From an uncultured virus (IMG/VR IMGVR_UViG_3300047554_000670) (lineage: Duplodnaviria > Heunggongvirae > Uroviricota > Caudoviricetes), in IMG/VR virus record IMGVR_UViG_3300047554_000670: a stretch of 64,000 bases of DNA. One strand, 5' to 3'. A model generated the notes under the pieces. It worked only from the letters and a program-made list of their open reading frames with translations, searched no databases and had not been told where the DNA came from. Made by a program: the position numbers and the translations under genes. How positions within the stretch are numbered: the stretch's first letter is position 1; each line of letters opens with the position of its first letter. Shown here piece after piece: positions 52,156 to 64,000 of this stretch.

Positions 52156-54759
52156 AGCGGACTCCGACTATTATTTCTTATCTACAATTACATCAGCCTT
52201 AACTAGATAGTCTTGATGTAGTCCTCGGATGATTACAACTTGGTCAGAGGATTTTTTATTGTCATGGTCACGAGAAGAGATGGGCGGGGTTGGATTGTTA
52301 TTGTTAGACATAATGAGAGATAATCTTTTGTGTTGTTGATTGAGCCTGAGGAATTAGTGGCTTAAAAGTAAACCATAAGCCCTCTACCGTATTATCACAT
52401 ACAGCTTCATAAGGAAGTGGGTATCCACTAAAGGAGGTCATGCTGTAATAGCTATGGTTTCCTTTCGTTACCTTGTGATGTAAGACCCCTCTGAGAAAAG
52501 AAGCCTGTTCATCATAGTTTAGACCCGGAATTAGGTCTTGATACCCTTTAGCTGTTCGTAGCCTTAGATTAAATGTCTTCAATCGAATCACCTGCTAAAC
52601 CTTGAATTACATCTTGGTCCAAGTACATCACTGTGCCATTCGTCTTCATAGCTAAGTAGGCTACATGGAGATAAGAAATACGAAGGAAAGCATATAGGTA
52701 TGAGCAGTAATCAATTCTACTCATAATCAGGGGCATCATCACAAGAGATACAGGCGTATTTAGCATCATCCTCTTGTTCAGCTTTTAATTGCTCTAAAGG
52801 GTCATTGAATGTTGCATCATACCCGTATAGCTCTAACAACGAAAGAATACAGGGTAACCCTTCGTATCGACTAGTGTGATAAACGTTGTCATTTCCTCCT
52901 TGATAGTCGTCTAAGAACAGGTTAATTACTTTTAACTCTGGACTAAACTGAACTATGACAACTAACCCAATTGTCCCTAATGGTAAATCTTGAATTACCA
53001 CATCGTACTTAGTCACACAAGATTGGTCTTGCGTATGCCGAATTAATCCAACTTTTTGCATCTTATTTGCCCAGTAGAGATTGACATTGTTCAACAGTCA
53101 GATTAGCTCTTGAGCAATAGTTAAGAACCATCCAACGGTCTACAGAGGGAAGAGCAATTAAACCCAAAACAAACAAGAGAAAACCAAGAATAACCGCTAC
53201 TTCAGCTACATTATTAGACACAGAATATACCTTAAGAAACAACGAAAGAGAAACTCTAGGAATCCTATCACCTAATCATCTATTTAGGTCTTAATCATCT
53301 AGACCCAACAACTTCTTAGCCATGTCGTATTGTTGTTGAACGAACAGTAATCCAGAAAGTTGCTGTTGTACAACTTCTTGTAACTGCTGAATAAAGTCTG
53401 GAGTTGCTTCTGTGCTAAGTAAGTTTAATTGACGGTAGACCACAAGACACACTTCACTAAAGCTCTCAAAATTACTAAGAACAATAGCCTCATAGAAGGG
53501 ATCTTTGTTAATAACAAGGGTAGCTTCTCCCTTGTCATCAACTTTATATCCCAGACTAATATTCTTTAGTGGAGTGAATTCACTTGTGTTAGTTCTAACC
53601 CCCTTAATAGGGTAATGGAGTTTAATTAAATCAAAAGTGGCATTACCCAGGTTTTCTTCAGCCATCTGTTTGTCCTCTTGATCGTTAGTGTACATTCTTA
53701 AGCCCTACATAAAGGAATAAGAGAATAGGGACTAATAAAGCCATCACTGTGGTATAGACATGTAGAAGAATCATAACAAATCTCTTTCGTTCCTTTCAGT
53801 TGTATTGGGATGACAGAGCATACATCTTGAACTTATCGTATCCTTCGGGAATGGGATGAAGATGGTAAGTGGGATTGTCTTGGAGATGTCTATGAAGGTA
53901 ACTTAATTCAAAGATATCTAGAGCTTTGAACCAGGTTCTTAACTTAGGATCATACAGGGCACCATATTCGGTATATAGGACACCATAGTAACCTTCAGGA
54001 AGTTGGATATACACAGGATGAAACAACTGAGTCAGAATATTCTCTATGTAGGCTAGGTCATCTCTTGCACTAGATAATATGTCATTCTCTTCGTAGGCAT
54101 ACATGTCATGTACCCATAGAATGTCAAGCTTAGACAAATAGATATTCAATTTCCAATAAGGAAACTCACTTCGAGATACCCAAGCTTGATGTGTAGGAGT
54201 AGACTTGAGAATTAGCGTGTCTGTATTGGGAAGAAGAATTAGGTACATAAGCATGATGATAGACAACGAAAGGAGAAACATCAGAGGATACTAATTCTGA
54301 TTCTGATTTAGTTCATCCAGAATACTTTGAAGCTTTTTGCGCTTATCATGTACCTTAAAGAGGTCATCAAGGCATTCTAGGAGAGCGATTACGGTGTTCT
54401 TCAGAATCTCAATTAGTTCTTCTTCTGAGTAATTAAGAAGATTAACTTTCTTAATTGCAAACTCTAGAAGTTGAGGTTCAATAAGGATGGAACAAGTTGC
54501 ATTTCGAGAAGTTGCTTGGATATAAGGAGTCCCTTCATTAGTAATTTGAGAAGTGACTGTGAGAATCTCATCTTCTGATTCTCCTAGAAACACACCATAG
54601 CTACCGGAAGAGTGAAAGTGAGTAAAACACTTAGCCCAATCCGCCTTAGGAATTAGGTTAATAAGTTTGATTCGTTCTTGCAGAATTTGATACTTAGTTT
54701 GAAGTTCTTCCATTGTTTTTACCTAAAATTGAGTAAGAAGGAGAAACACAAGGAACAAG

Positions 54760-55131
54760 CTACTTAGACTTCTTAGATGCTTTAGAAATAGATGCCCCTA
54801 AAGCCAAGTAATAACCTAAGTCATACCATCCACCGTTATTGTTAGCATTGTAGATACTAACATTAGGGTTAAACCAAGAAAGGATAAGGTTGATGACACA
54901 GAGAAACCCATCCAAGAAACCGTTAAAGAATCCGGCAACTTTACCGTTAACCGGAACCCCTTGCATAGCATTAGCAGGAGGATGCCACCCTGTAGCCTGA
55001 ACAACCCAAGCTACCAGTCCAACAAAAGTAACTAGAAATCCTACAACCACAATAGTTGCAACAAAAACGTTAACACTTTTACTCTTCATACGGTTTTTCT
55101 TTTTCATGTGAGAGGTCAATGGTTTTTTCAT
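54760..55131 (-). CDS. Membrane protein
   Basis: Hydrophobic segments; AGFF.G..DGF...N.N.GWYDLG motif. Confidence 0.6.
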   Translation of the reverse strand: MKKPLTSHMKKKNRMKSKSVNVFVATIVVVGFLVTFVGLVAWVVQATGWHPPANAMQGVPVNGKVAGFFNGFLDGFLCVINLILSWFNPNVSIYNANNNGGWYDLGYYLALGASISKASKKSK

Positions 55132-56681
55132 AGAAACACACGAAAGAAACTGACCAGTTCTTCATAGGAAGAAACCACACACAAAGGAGTGTCTTCAGTT
55201 TCATCCTGAATCTTAATAAAAGCGGGGTATACAACACTGAATGTATACCCCTTCATTGAGAAAGTCTCATAGTCACCTGCTAGGACAGATGCCCATAGTT
55301 GTTTGACAAATAAGGAAATAGGGGGCATAACACTATCCTTTGTAGTCAAAGAACTTCCCAAAATGTTCTTCTGTCTGAACTCGTGCTCGTACAGCCTTAC
55401 AGAAGATATCAACTACAGTACGGGTTGGTAGACTTTGGATGTACTTATAACGAACCTCATTGCACATAGCTAAGTACTTAAGTCCTAGGGCGGATGTTTG
55501 CAATAGGGCTTGATACTTAGGTGTATAGGGAGAGGATGATACTTCCATAACAATAGACTGACACAAATCAGCTAGTGTTAAGCCAGAGGGTAGTCGCTTG
55601 ACCTTCAACAAAGTCTTAATTTCAGACTTGACATCGTAATTCATCATTATTGTTGACTATGTAAGTGGACTGTATGAAAACTTATCCTTGGGTATAAGGG
55701 CAGTTCTTACCCTTGGGTATACAGGTGAACTTCATTAAACACACCCAATTTCTTCACCATATGAGGCATAATTCCAGCCTCACGTAAAGCATCAGGGATA
55801 TTACGACTGTATTCCCCGGTAAAGCTGAGCATAGTTGTTTCTTTCGTTGTTAAGTTGTAGATTTCAATCATTAGGTCTCCTTTGTGGAAATAATAAATAC
55901 GAGATACGCTAGGAAGCCCTCTAGGTTATACGAGGGAAATACCACATTACTATCTGACAAAGTAGGGTGGATATAACCTAGAGGAATGGGGGAAGAAAAT
56001 GTATCAGAGGGGAACTTATATGTAAGATATACGAACCCATCTTCACGGATACTAAGGTAGAATCCCACACTAGGTTTATGTGCGAACTTGATTGTAATAG
56101 TGCCCATATCTCCATAGATATCGACAGAATAACCAAAGTATGTGATTTGGACGTGAGATGAACGAAAAACAAGAGGGGTAACATTCATGGTTGAAGTAGG
56201 TGATGAACAAGAAAGATGACATCAGAAAACCACAGTATGAGGTCTTCATTCACTTGCCCTACTATATGGCCAGAGCAATAAACAAGACCCTCATGGGTAT
56301 AAAATTCAATTTGTCGATAATCTCTTTCACGAGATAACCGTTCAACAATTACTTTTCCTTCATCAACAGAAAGAATGAAGGAATCTTTTATCTGACAAGG
56401 GGACTTATTGTAAGTAAGCCCAAAAAGACTATAGATTTGGTCAAACATTTTTTGGTGTTACTTCTTACTCATCTTTGCCCAAGCAATCATAAGAGACGGC
56501 CCTTCCCCTGTATTGATGTTATCTTGAGCATACCAAGAGCCACACAGATAAGAAATGACATAATCCTTCTCCGTATACAGAGAGACAATGACCTGGTGTG
56601 TGTTAGGGTCAGGAATCATAAGCTGATATCCCGACCCAAAAGTATCTTGGCAAAAGGATTCAACTTCGGACAGAAATGTTT

Positions 56682-57224
56682 TCATGTTCTAGGTCTGATA
56701 GGGTATGGGTGAATAACATCATCAACCTCCTTAATATGGTACTTAGTAAGAGGTTGACAAATCTCATAAGACTGAGTTCCTATGAGATATTGGTTGCTAG
56801 GCTCTAAGTCCCATAAATCATTGACCATCTGGTATTGGTGGTCAGGATGGAGAAAAGCTTCTGGGTGATCCAGAATAACTACGGAGTCCTTAATCCCTTT
56901 ATCCTGAATGGTCTTGAGGATAAAGGCATCAGGTCTGCCCTTATACCGGAACATATGAGGAGATAATGCGGTATTGAAGTGTACAGAATGAGTAAATATG
57001 TAGACACTTCCTAGATTGGAGAAACGACAGTCAATTTCAACATCAACCGTAATCTCATCATCCAATACCGCATCTGGTAAGGGATGAAACTTTAGAAAAA
57101 CACGAAAGAGAAACATCGATATGTCATCACTATATAATCCACCAATGGGATATATAGCTCGGAACTCATTGAGGTCAAACTTCATGACCCCATATCGACA
57201 AGATATATGTGTGATTTTCATCAA
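56682..57224 (-). CDS. Degenerate ABC/AAA_21-type ATPase fragment
   Basis: VVILDHPEAFLHPDHQ (Walker B/D-loop) and IGTQS (H-loop); no Walker A. Confidence 0.6.
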   Translation of the reverse strand: MMKITHISCRYGVMKFDLNEFRAIYPIGGLYSDDISMFLFRVFLKFHPLPDAVLDDEITVDVEIDCRFSNLGSVYIFTHSVHFNTALSPHMFRYKGRPDAFILKTIQDKGIKDSVVILDHPEAFLHPDHQYQMVNDLWDLEPSNQYLIGTQSYEICQPLTKYHIKEVDDVIHPYPIRPRT

Positions 57225-57447
57225 GGAAGCTCCAAGAAAAAGTGATTATACAGATACACCCCATTGAAGTCCCCACTAGTGAAGAGACTAAGGGACTTGA
57301 AATCAAAATCAACTACGGCTTTGATGTCAAACTCAAACCACCAACGTTTTGGTGCTTGAGGAAATAAATTCAGTGACACAAGTAGCATCACTGATTTATC
57401 CGTTTCTGAAGCGGGACTAAAATCCCAGTTGAAATCAACCATGTTAA

Positions 57448-58722
57448 TCACCTATCCTGAACTTCCACCCCTAATGCTAACAATTTCTGATGTATGAGGT
57501 CAGCTTCAGCCCAGTTCTTAGCTTTACGAGCTAAGTTTCGAGCCGAAATAAGTTGTAGTACATGCGAACTAAGTGCCTCATCTTCAATTGCCATAGCTCT
57601 TAACCCTAATACATCTGCCAAAATCAACAGCGTAATGCTATTGCAAGGAGTTAAGTTCTTGGCTAACTCAAATAGAACTGCTAGAGCTTTGGCTGTATTA
57701 AGGTCACAGTCTAAAGCATCGTTGAATCGGGCAACAAAATAAAGGTCAAATTGACTATCTTCGGTTATATTCTCCTTAGCTTTAATCAAAGCTTTATTCA
57801 GAGATTTCCAACTATTTGATGCGGATTCAAGAGCCTCCGTGGTAAATGCTAAAGGTTTACGGTAGTGAGCTTGAAGCACAAATAACCGTAGTGCCATGGG
57901 AGAAATACCCTGGAGGTCTAGCAAGTCTCTGATAGAGGTAAAGTTCCCCTGAGACTTAGACATCTTATCCCCATTGAGGGTTACAAATCCATTGTGGAGC
58001 CAAAACTGAGATAACATATGTCCCGTAACAGCCTCAGACTGTGCAATCTCATTCTCATGATGAGGAAATACGAGGTCCGCACCTCCACAATGAATATCGA
58101 TACGGTCTCCTAAAGTATCTCGAATCATGGCGGAGCATTCAATATGCCATCCAGGTCTTCCTGGACCCCATTTAGAGGGCCAGTTAGGTTCTTCGGGTTT
58201 TGCGCTCTTCCAAAGAACGAAATCATTTTCTTTCGTTACCTCGATATTTCGTTTTGAAAGCTTACCATAGCCTTCAAACTTACTTATGTCAAAGTAAACC
58301 CCATCATCTTTAACTTCATAAGTGTATTCTTTCTGTTCTAGCTCATGAATTAGTCGTTTAATTCCATCAAGGGTATGAGTAACACGAGGGTAGGCATCAG
58401 CTTTCATAATGTTAAGCCTTTCCATATCCTCAAAATATGCTTGGATGTATTTCTCCGCTATGTCCTCCATAAGTACATTTTCTTGTTTGGCCCGGTTGAG
58501 AATCTTGTCATCTATATCAGTGAAGTTCTGTACATACTTCACCTTATAACCTAACCAAAGAAGATATCTGCGTAGGGTGTCCCAGACAATATAGGAGCGG
58601 GCATGGCCAAGATGACAATAATCATATACGGTTACACCACAGCAATATATACTAACTTGCTTTGGTGTAAGAGGTTGAAAGAGTTCTTCGCGACGTGTGA
58701 GGCTGTTGTAGAGGTATAACAT
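57448..58722 (-). CDS. cysS: Cysteinyl-tRNA synthetase
   Basis: CGVTVYDYCHLGHAR, NFTDIDDKI, GRPGWHIECSAM, DIHCGGADLVFPHHENE and KMSKS motifs. Confidence 0.97.
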   Translation of the reverse strand: MLYLYNSLTRREELFQPLTPKQVSIYCCGVTVYDYCHLGHARSYIVWDTLRRYLLWLGYKVKYVQNFTDIDDKILNRAKQENVLMEDIAEKYIQAYFEDMERLNIMKADAYPRVTHTLDGIKRLIHELEQKEYTYEVKDDGVYFDISKFEGYGKLSKRNIEVTKENDFVLWKSAKPEEPNWPSKWGPGRPGWHIECSAMIRDTLGDRIDIHCGGADLVFPHHENEIAQSEAVTGHMLSQFWLHNGFVTLNGDKMSKSQGNFTSIRDLLDLQGISPMALRLFVLQAHYRKPLAFTTEALESASNSWKSLNKALIKAKENITEDSQFDLYFVARFNDALDCDLNTAKALAVLFELAKNLTPCNSITLLILADVLGLRAMAIEDEALSSHVLQLISARNLARKAKNWAEADLIHQKLLALGVEVQDR

Positions 58723-59172
58723 AAACTAACCTACAAGAATGGAGTCATATCGAGGTATAAGTTTCCTCGACGGTTATCCTGTACAGGATAATAGTTATCG
58801 TTCACTTTTGTAGGAACGAGAGTGACAAAGTGATATTCAGTACCGTCATGATACCAACCCACGTAATTACCGTTATCACCCCATGGCTCTAACCCGTAAA
58901 TCGTTACCATCGGTTCTTTCATACAATCTTCTCCCAATCAGGGTGCTGGTCAATAATGTTAAACAGCCCTATAAGCCATATATCGCTAGGCTGATTACTC
59001 CAATCCCCATCTTCACAGAAGAAGACAGGCCAGCCTTGGATAAACACGAAAGAAATTAGGCTTACTCCGCTTCTATGGCGGAAAATGACAAGACCTGTAT
59101 CCATGGCTATTCTAAATGAGTGTGAATTAATTAGGGGTGAAGAAGAAACATCTAGGGATATACCTTATAGGG

Positions 59173-59577
59173 TTAACGAGTAAAGCCCATACAACCTAAG
59201 ACTAGACTTCCATTAGAGAAAGATCGAACTACCTTGTAGGGACTAACCATACTCAAAGCTAGAGGACTACCACTCTGCTTAGCCATGGAGAGACATGGCA
59301 AAGACACAATTAGAATACCAGAAGGACCAACATCATCAGGAACTCCCGTAAGCTCCCCATATGTGGACTCAACAATGGGAATCCCATCAATCGGATTTGC
59401 TTCAACTGTAGAAACAGTAATTCGCGCATTACCCATTGAAGGCAATGAAAGAATGGGTGAAACACCTTCTTTTAGCCCCTCCGCGTTCCAAGTAGTAGGG
59501 TTAACCTGTGTCAGATTGATAAAGGCATCTTCCCTGTATACTTCAATTGAGTGAGGTGTTAAGTTGATGAAGGCCAT
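59173..59577 (-). CDS. Conserved viral hypothetical protein (NLTPH family)
   Basis: INLTPH...PS.G.AR...IDGIP...YG...G.P...IVS pattern. Confidence 0.5.
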   Translation of the reverse strand: MAFINLTPHSIEVYREDAFINLTQVNPTTWNAEGLKEGVSPILSLPSMGNARITVSTVEANPIDGIPIVESTYGELTGVPDDVGPSGILIVSLPCLSMAKQSGSPLALSMVSPYKVVRSFSNGSLVLGCMGFTR

Positions 59578-61114
59578 AATACAATTCTCCTTTCGTTGTG
59601 TACAAAAAACAAGTAGTCATTCGTTGGGCTAGGGTTAAATCAACTCATACCCGATTTTCACCTCATCTTGAATCCACCAAACCCAGCGAATAAGCTTTTG
59701 TTTGTCAATGCGTGGGTCAATACCTTCTAGAGCTAGCAGAGTTAGCTCAGAGAGTAACCGTTCTTTCGTATTATATCCCCGTAAGAGAGTATCTTTAATC
59801 ACTTCAAATTCAAGACTGTCTAAGTCCAGCCCTTCTCGAAGAGATTTATACCAGATGTAAGCAACATCGCTGTAACGGGAGGGCCGCCGGATTTTAAGTC
59901 GCTTAAACGTAAATTGTTCAGGTTCAGTCTCCTGAAAGAAGGGTTCCTGAATCCATTCACCTGTTGACTCACTAACATATTCTGCATTCCAAGGAACCTC
60001 TTCTACCTGGAAGTTAGTCCCTTCCGGTTTTTTATCATAGCCATCTTGCTCCGAATGAACCCACATATGCACTACTTTCTCTGCCCCTGGGAGAGAAGTA
60101 TTGTTGTCAGTAATTGCCCACTGGGTACGGAAACGGGGGAGAGTATACATGAGATGATTCCTCTATAGTAATGAACAAGCCTTTTATAGACATACTTAGG
60201 TCTATCACAACTAATGAACTAATCCAAATCTATACGATCAATAGTTAACCATGATTCGGATTGGTCTCCGTGGTCCCATACACCATGGTCATGGGAGATC
60301 AATACTTCACGAGACTTATCAGGAGATTGAATCCAAATTTCTCCTACATCAATACTAATAACAGTCCAGCCTATGAACTGTTGGACTTTCTGCCAAGTTT
60401 CTTGAGTCATAGTATATCTCAGTGGTATGTACGAGACTTATCCCATACCCCACAAGGGGATAGGTTGTATATGACTCTAACCACCTCCAAGGGGAGGGGC
60501 ATAGAGTCAAGAGAGGATACTTTAAGAACAGAGTCAGTAGATTCTAACTTACAGTTCTTGTTCTTAAGAACTCTCCTTAGAGTTCTTGTCTCACGTTCAT
60601 CATTAGTCTCATACCCGTAATAAGTCCATCCCCATTGATTCAGGGTGAACTTATTAATGGGTGTAGGCTTAAGGCTATCCTTTCTAAGCTTAAGCAATTT
60701 CTGCTTAGCTAGAATATTGCAAGCATGTTCAAACTTTATATTTTGTTTTGTACATAACTGAACTATGGAAATCCGGTCTAGTTTAATCAGGATACTCTTA
60801 CCATCTTTGGTCTCTCCTACCTTGTGATGATAGAAAGGAGAAGATGACGAAAGGAAAGACTCACACCAAGTTGAGTAGGTCATAGGACTTCAATCTTGAT
60901 ATAGGGACGTGGAGGGGGAGTAAGAGACACTATTGCATATTCAACCCAACCATCAGGGGTTTCTTTCCAGATGGTCTCAGGGACATGCGTATTTCTGACT
61001 TTATCTATTGCCGCATCCTGAACTTGGACTAAAGTTCTAGAAAACAGCCCAGAATCTTTCATTTCAGTGGTAGCGTATCTCATTTGTTTACTCTGTGTAA
61101 GATGAAAGACAAAC

Positions 61115-61150
61115 AAAATAAAACCCCTAAGATTTATATCCTAGGGGTAT
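61115..61150 (-). terminator. Terminator-like hairpin
   Basis: ACCCCTA...TAGGGGT stem with a T tract. Confidence 0.6.
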
Positions 61151-62074
61151 AACCTGACTTAACCGATAGTTTAGAGTCATTTCGGACTATAAGGTATGGG
61201 CTAAGATGAAATAAGTGATAACGAAAGATATACTTTATCTTTCTTCATCCCATTCTTCACACTGCAATGGTGTGGGGGATGTAACGACACACCCTTTATA
61301 TAACTTAACTAAGGTATGTGTTCGGAAAAAAGCGGATTCAAACCACCCTTCCTGTACATATCCTGCCCGACCAACCGATGTGGTCCGGCATAATCTGAAA
61401 TCATCAGTGACCTCCCCACTGAAGTCTGGAATTCTGTATGACAAATTCCCGTGTCCACGCCACTCCATTAACTTTTCCCAGCTTTTAGGAATAGGAGATG
61501 AAGAGTTATTTAAGTAAATCTCTACAAGTTCTTTCCACAGGTGTTGGGAAAGATGATGATGACGAGCTTCTATAACAGACCCATCAACACTGAGTTCAAT
61601 TTCCTTATCTTCATTAACGGAGATTAAGAAACCAGGTAATACATAGTCGGCGGGTAGGAAACCCTCTGGGAAATTTTCAACCCCTAGTAGAATATCTTTC
61701 TCAATCTCATCTGCTTCCCACGAAAGGAGAGCTTCATCAGTGATAAGAATATTAACCATTATTAACCTCAAGATGAACAAAACAACTAAGTAGGGGCATA
61801 ATTCCCTAGTATAGAAATAAGAAGGTTGAACTTATTTCTATAATTGGAAATCATGACGAAAGAAATTAAGGAAAGACTGATGTGCATTCAATAGCACCAG
61901 TTAAGACTACTCTCCACCCCTCCTTAATGAACTTCATACAGTCATTCTCTTGGATAGCTTTAGTTGTAGCTTCTTGTTCTGAGTCAGCTTTTATATTGTG
62001 GGAATTAATTAACTTGATGGTTAAGGTTTTATCCCAACATAAGGCTGTTGTAACTAAGTAGGTTTTCATAGTTA

Positions 62075-62380
62075 TAGGGGGGGCGGAAACAAATATAAAG
62101 AAAAGATTAAGACCCCATAGAGGATATAAGATATTAAGACCCTATATGAGGCTATAGGTTATTAAGACCATATAAGGAGGGTATAGCTATATTCCTATAT
62201 GAAGGGGAGTATAGGCGGGTATGAAGGGGGGGGGTCCAGGCTGGGTAAAAATTTTATAAGTTTACCTTATACCATATGAGTAAGAAAATAAGAGTACCTT
62301 ATGGGTAAGGGAATAAGAACACTTTATGTGTAAAGAAATAAGATAAACCTATGTAAAAGAAATAAAGTAGACCTATGCGT
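62075..62380. repeat. Non-coding region with two sets of short direct repeats and G tracts
   Basis: ATTAAGACC at 62106, 62133 and 62161; AAGAAATAAG...ACCTATG-like unit x4 at 62281-62378; G runs near 62078 and 62226. Confidence 0.75.
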
Positions 62381-62419
62381 CAAATCTAATCTATAGCTAT
62401 ATAGTAATATAAATAGACA

Positions 62420-62453
62420 AAAAAATACCCTAGAAGATAACTCCTAGGGTATT
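62420..62453 (-). terminator. Terminator downstream of the 471-aa gene
   Basis: AATACCCTAG...CTAGGGTATT stem followed by a T tract. Confidence 0.75.
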
Positions 62454-62486
62454 GGGTTTAAGTCTTGTTACGGTAGCAGGTTAAGG

Positions 62487-63902
62487 TTATAGCATCCCCC
62501 GTTTAAGCTTAAACTTCAAATCTTTAATCTGTTGTTTTGTTAGGTTATCAAGATCATAGCCTAACGAGATTAATTGCTGAGTTAATGGAGAATCAGATAG
62601 GGTACGGTCTTGTATTCTGGGTTGTTGCTGTATACGTCTTAAGGTTTCATCCTGGAAAGATTTAATCTTACTTTCCCCCTTTAACACCCCCTCCCAGATT
62701 TCTAGGGGAGTTCTACTATCCCCCGATAATTTACGGTACTCAGCTATATTATCGCTAGTGAGTATCGCTGGGGGTTGTAGTGTAATATATTCACCATCAC
62801 AATAAGGGGATAAATAACTATCCCCATAGCGTAATCGTTTCCATTGTCCTGACAAATCAAGACCTAGAAAATGAGCTTGCATTATTTCACGGGTAAAGTG
62901 CGGGATACTGTATTTAGTACCCCCCAGGATTAGGTTACTTTCCTCTAATTCCTTTACTTTAACGGGCTTAGTTACTTTGTAATACAGCGTTACAAGTTTG
63001 CCCATATCTAAAGTTTTCCCTACTCCGAGGTTAGGATCTAAAGTAGGTTTTAATGGGATAGGGACTAACTTAGGCTGATCATTCTCAATACTTAACCGTG
63101 TATTGAGTACCGGGATACTTTGGTAAGTTTGGTTATTTGTATTCGTTAACTCCAAGTAAATTGTTGTGCCGGATACTGTAAGCCAGTAACTTAGACCTTG
63201 GAATGTTGGAGACAATTCTGGGAATAACTCAGGATTGCTATATACCCGTGTTCCTACTTTCGCTCCTTTAGGTAAACCTTTACTTTTGAATTTTGCTTTA
63301 ACTCCTACTTTATCTGGAGCATACCCTAGTTTACCGGCTGGGGTTTTCTTACGGGTTTTGTTCTTTAGAGTAGAATATTTTTCTGGCTCAGGACAAACGG
63401 GGACGGCTATAGTTTTATGGTCATTAGAAACAACCCAGGGAACTTCTGAGGTATAGCCTACTGTGTTTGTTAGCTGAGTATATAGCGCTATAGGGCACAA
63501 TGAAAGATCATACTGGTAAATACTATTGACATTTGCTGCCGCTGGTTCAGGGGATAACCCTACCAGGTTTTGTAATTTGTTACCCTGAATTTTTGCCCCT
63601 ACCAGGGTTGTGGGTAAAGTATTCGCCCCATTATTGTATTCCTTTAGGTCAGTTCTACAGAAAACCTGTAGAATAAAACCCTTATCATATTTTTCGGAAC
63701 CGCCATAATGGGAAAAGATCTGATCACAAGACTCTGGATCCTCAATCATTTTATTGATAGGGACAGCTAAAATATTCCCACTAGCAGCTTGGAATAAGGG
63801 TATTGGATAGTCAGGGTAAGTATAAATATGCTGATAATCACTCTTATCTTCTGAAAACTTACGAGATACCCAAAGACCTTGGTTAAGACAGCGATAGAAC
63901 AA
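62487..63902 (-). CDS. Hypothetical protein (471 aa)
   Basis: Long ORF with no recognised motif. Confidence 0.7.
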   Translation of the reverse strand: MFYRCLNQGLWVSRKFSEDKSDYQHIYTYPDYPIPLFQAASGNILAVPINKMIEDPESCDQIFSHYGGSEKYDKGFILQVFCRTDLKEYNNGANTLPTTLVGAKIQGNKLQNLVGLSPEPAAANVNSIYQYDLSLCPIALYTQLTNTVGYTSEVPWVVSNDHKTIAVPVCPEPEKYSTLKNKTRKKTPAGKLGYAPDKVGVKAKFKSKGLPKGAKVGTRVYSNPELFPELSPTFQGLSYWLTVSGTTIYLELTNTNNQTYQSIPVLNTRLSIENDQPKLVPIPLKPTLDPNLGVGKTLDMGKLVTLYYKVTKPVKVKELEESNLILGGTKYSIPHFTREIMQAHFLGLDLSGQWKRLRYGDSYLSPYCDGEYITLQPPAILTSDNIAEYRKLSGDSRTPLEIWEGVLKGESKIKSFQDETLRRIQQQPRIQDRTLSDSPLTQQLISLGYDLDNLTKQQIKDLKFKLKRGML

Positions 63903-64000
63903 AACTAAGGCTTCTAAACCTGTAATCTTTTGTTTCTGAACTACTTTATTTTTTTTAGGTTTAGCGTTATCTTTTTTTTCTTCTGTCCCTAGCTTTTCTT

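Noticed and set aside
59173..59577. Anti-CRISPR ring nuclease assignment
   Set aside because: Motifs do not clearly match AcrIII-1/DUF1874 and this cannot be supported without a profile search
8296..63456. Most plus-strand and nested ORFs in the six-frame track
   Set aside because: They are antisense or alternate-frame shadows of well-supported minus-strand genes; only Hsp20 (20185) and possibly 5512-5763 look real

Overview
AT-rich, gene-dense segment of a large dsDNA phage genome, almost entirely coded on the minus strand in the standard genetic code. A cyanobacterial host is inferred from the tmRNA tag peptide, the CysRS and the FGE-type DGR variable-region motifs. Coordinates ~1-33 kb hold DNA metabolism and replication genes: two Dam-type methylases, RuvC, dNMP kinase, dUTPase, a PduO-like cobalamin adenosyltransferase, class II RNR with an intein, a Sak4-like ATPase, RNA ligase, PolA, helicase, primase, exonuclease and SSB. 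Coordinates ~34-62 kb are accessory or early genes. Five features stand out. (1) At 47.3-50.5 kb, an array of 17 translationally coupled mini-ORFs each encodes only the hypervariable C-terminal element (GGSW...C.S...GFRLMLIEV) of an FGE-sulfatase/C-type-lectin domain. They surround one gene encoding the rest of that domain without this element, which suggests a split, plug-in diversity system carrying DGR-like codon signatures. (2) A circularly permuted two-piece tmRNA has a complete tRNA-Ile(UAU) as its intervening segment. (3) A tRNA-Arg(UCU) is split by a group I intron carrying an HNH endonuclease. (4) A phage-borne Ubl/JAB/E2/E1 ubiquitin-like operon is present. (5) There is a tandem array of orphan HicB-like proteins. 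The motif ACGAAAGA is also strongly over-represented throughout. All calls come from reading motifs by eye; no database searches were run.
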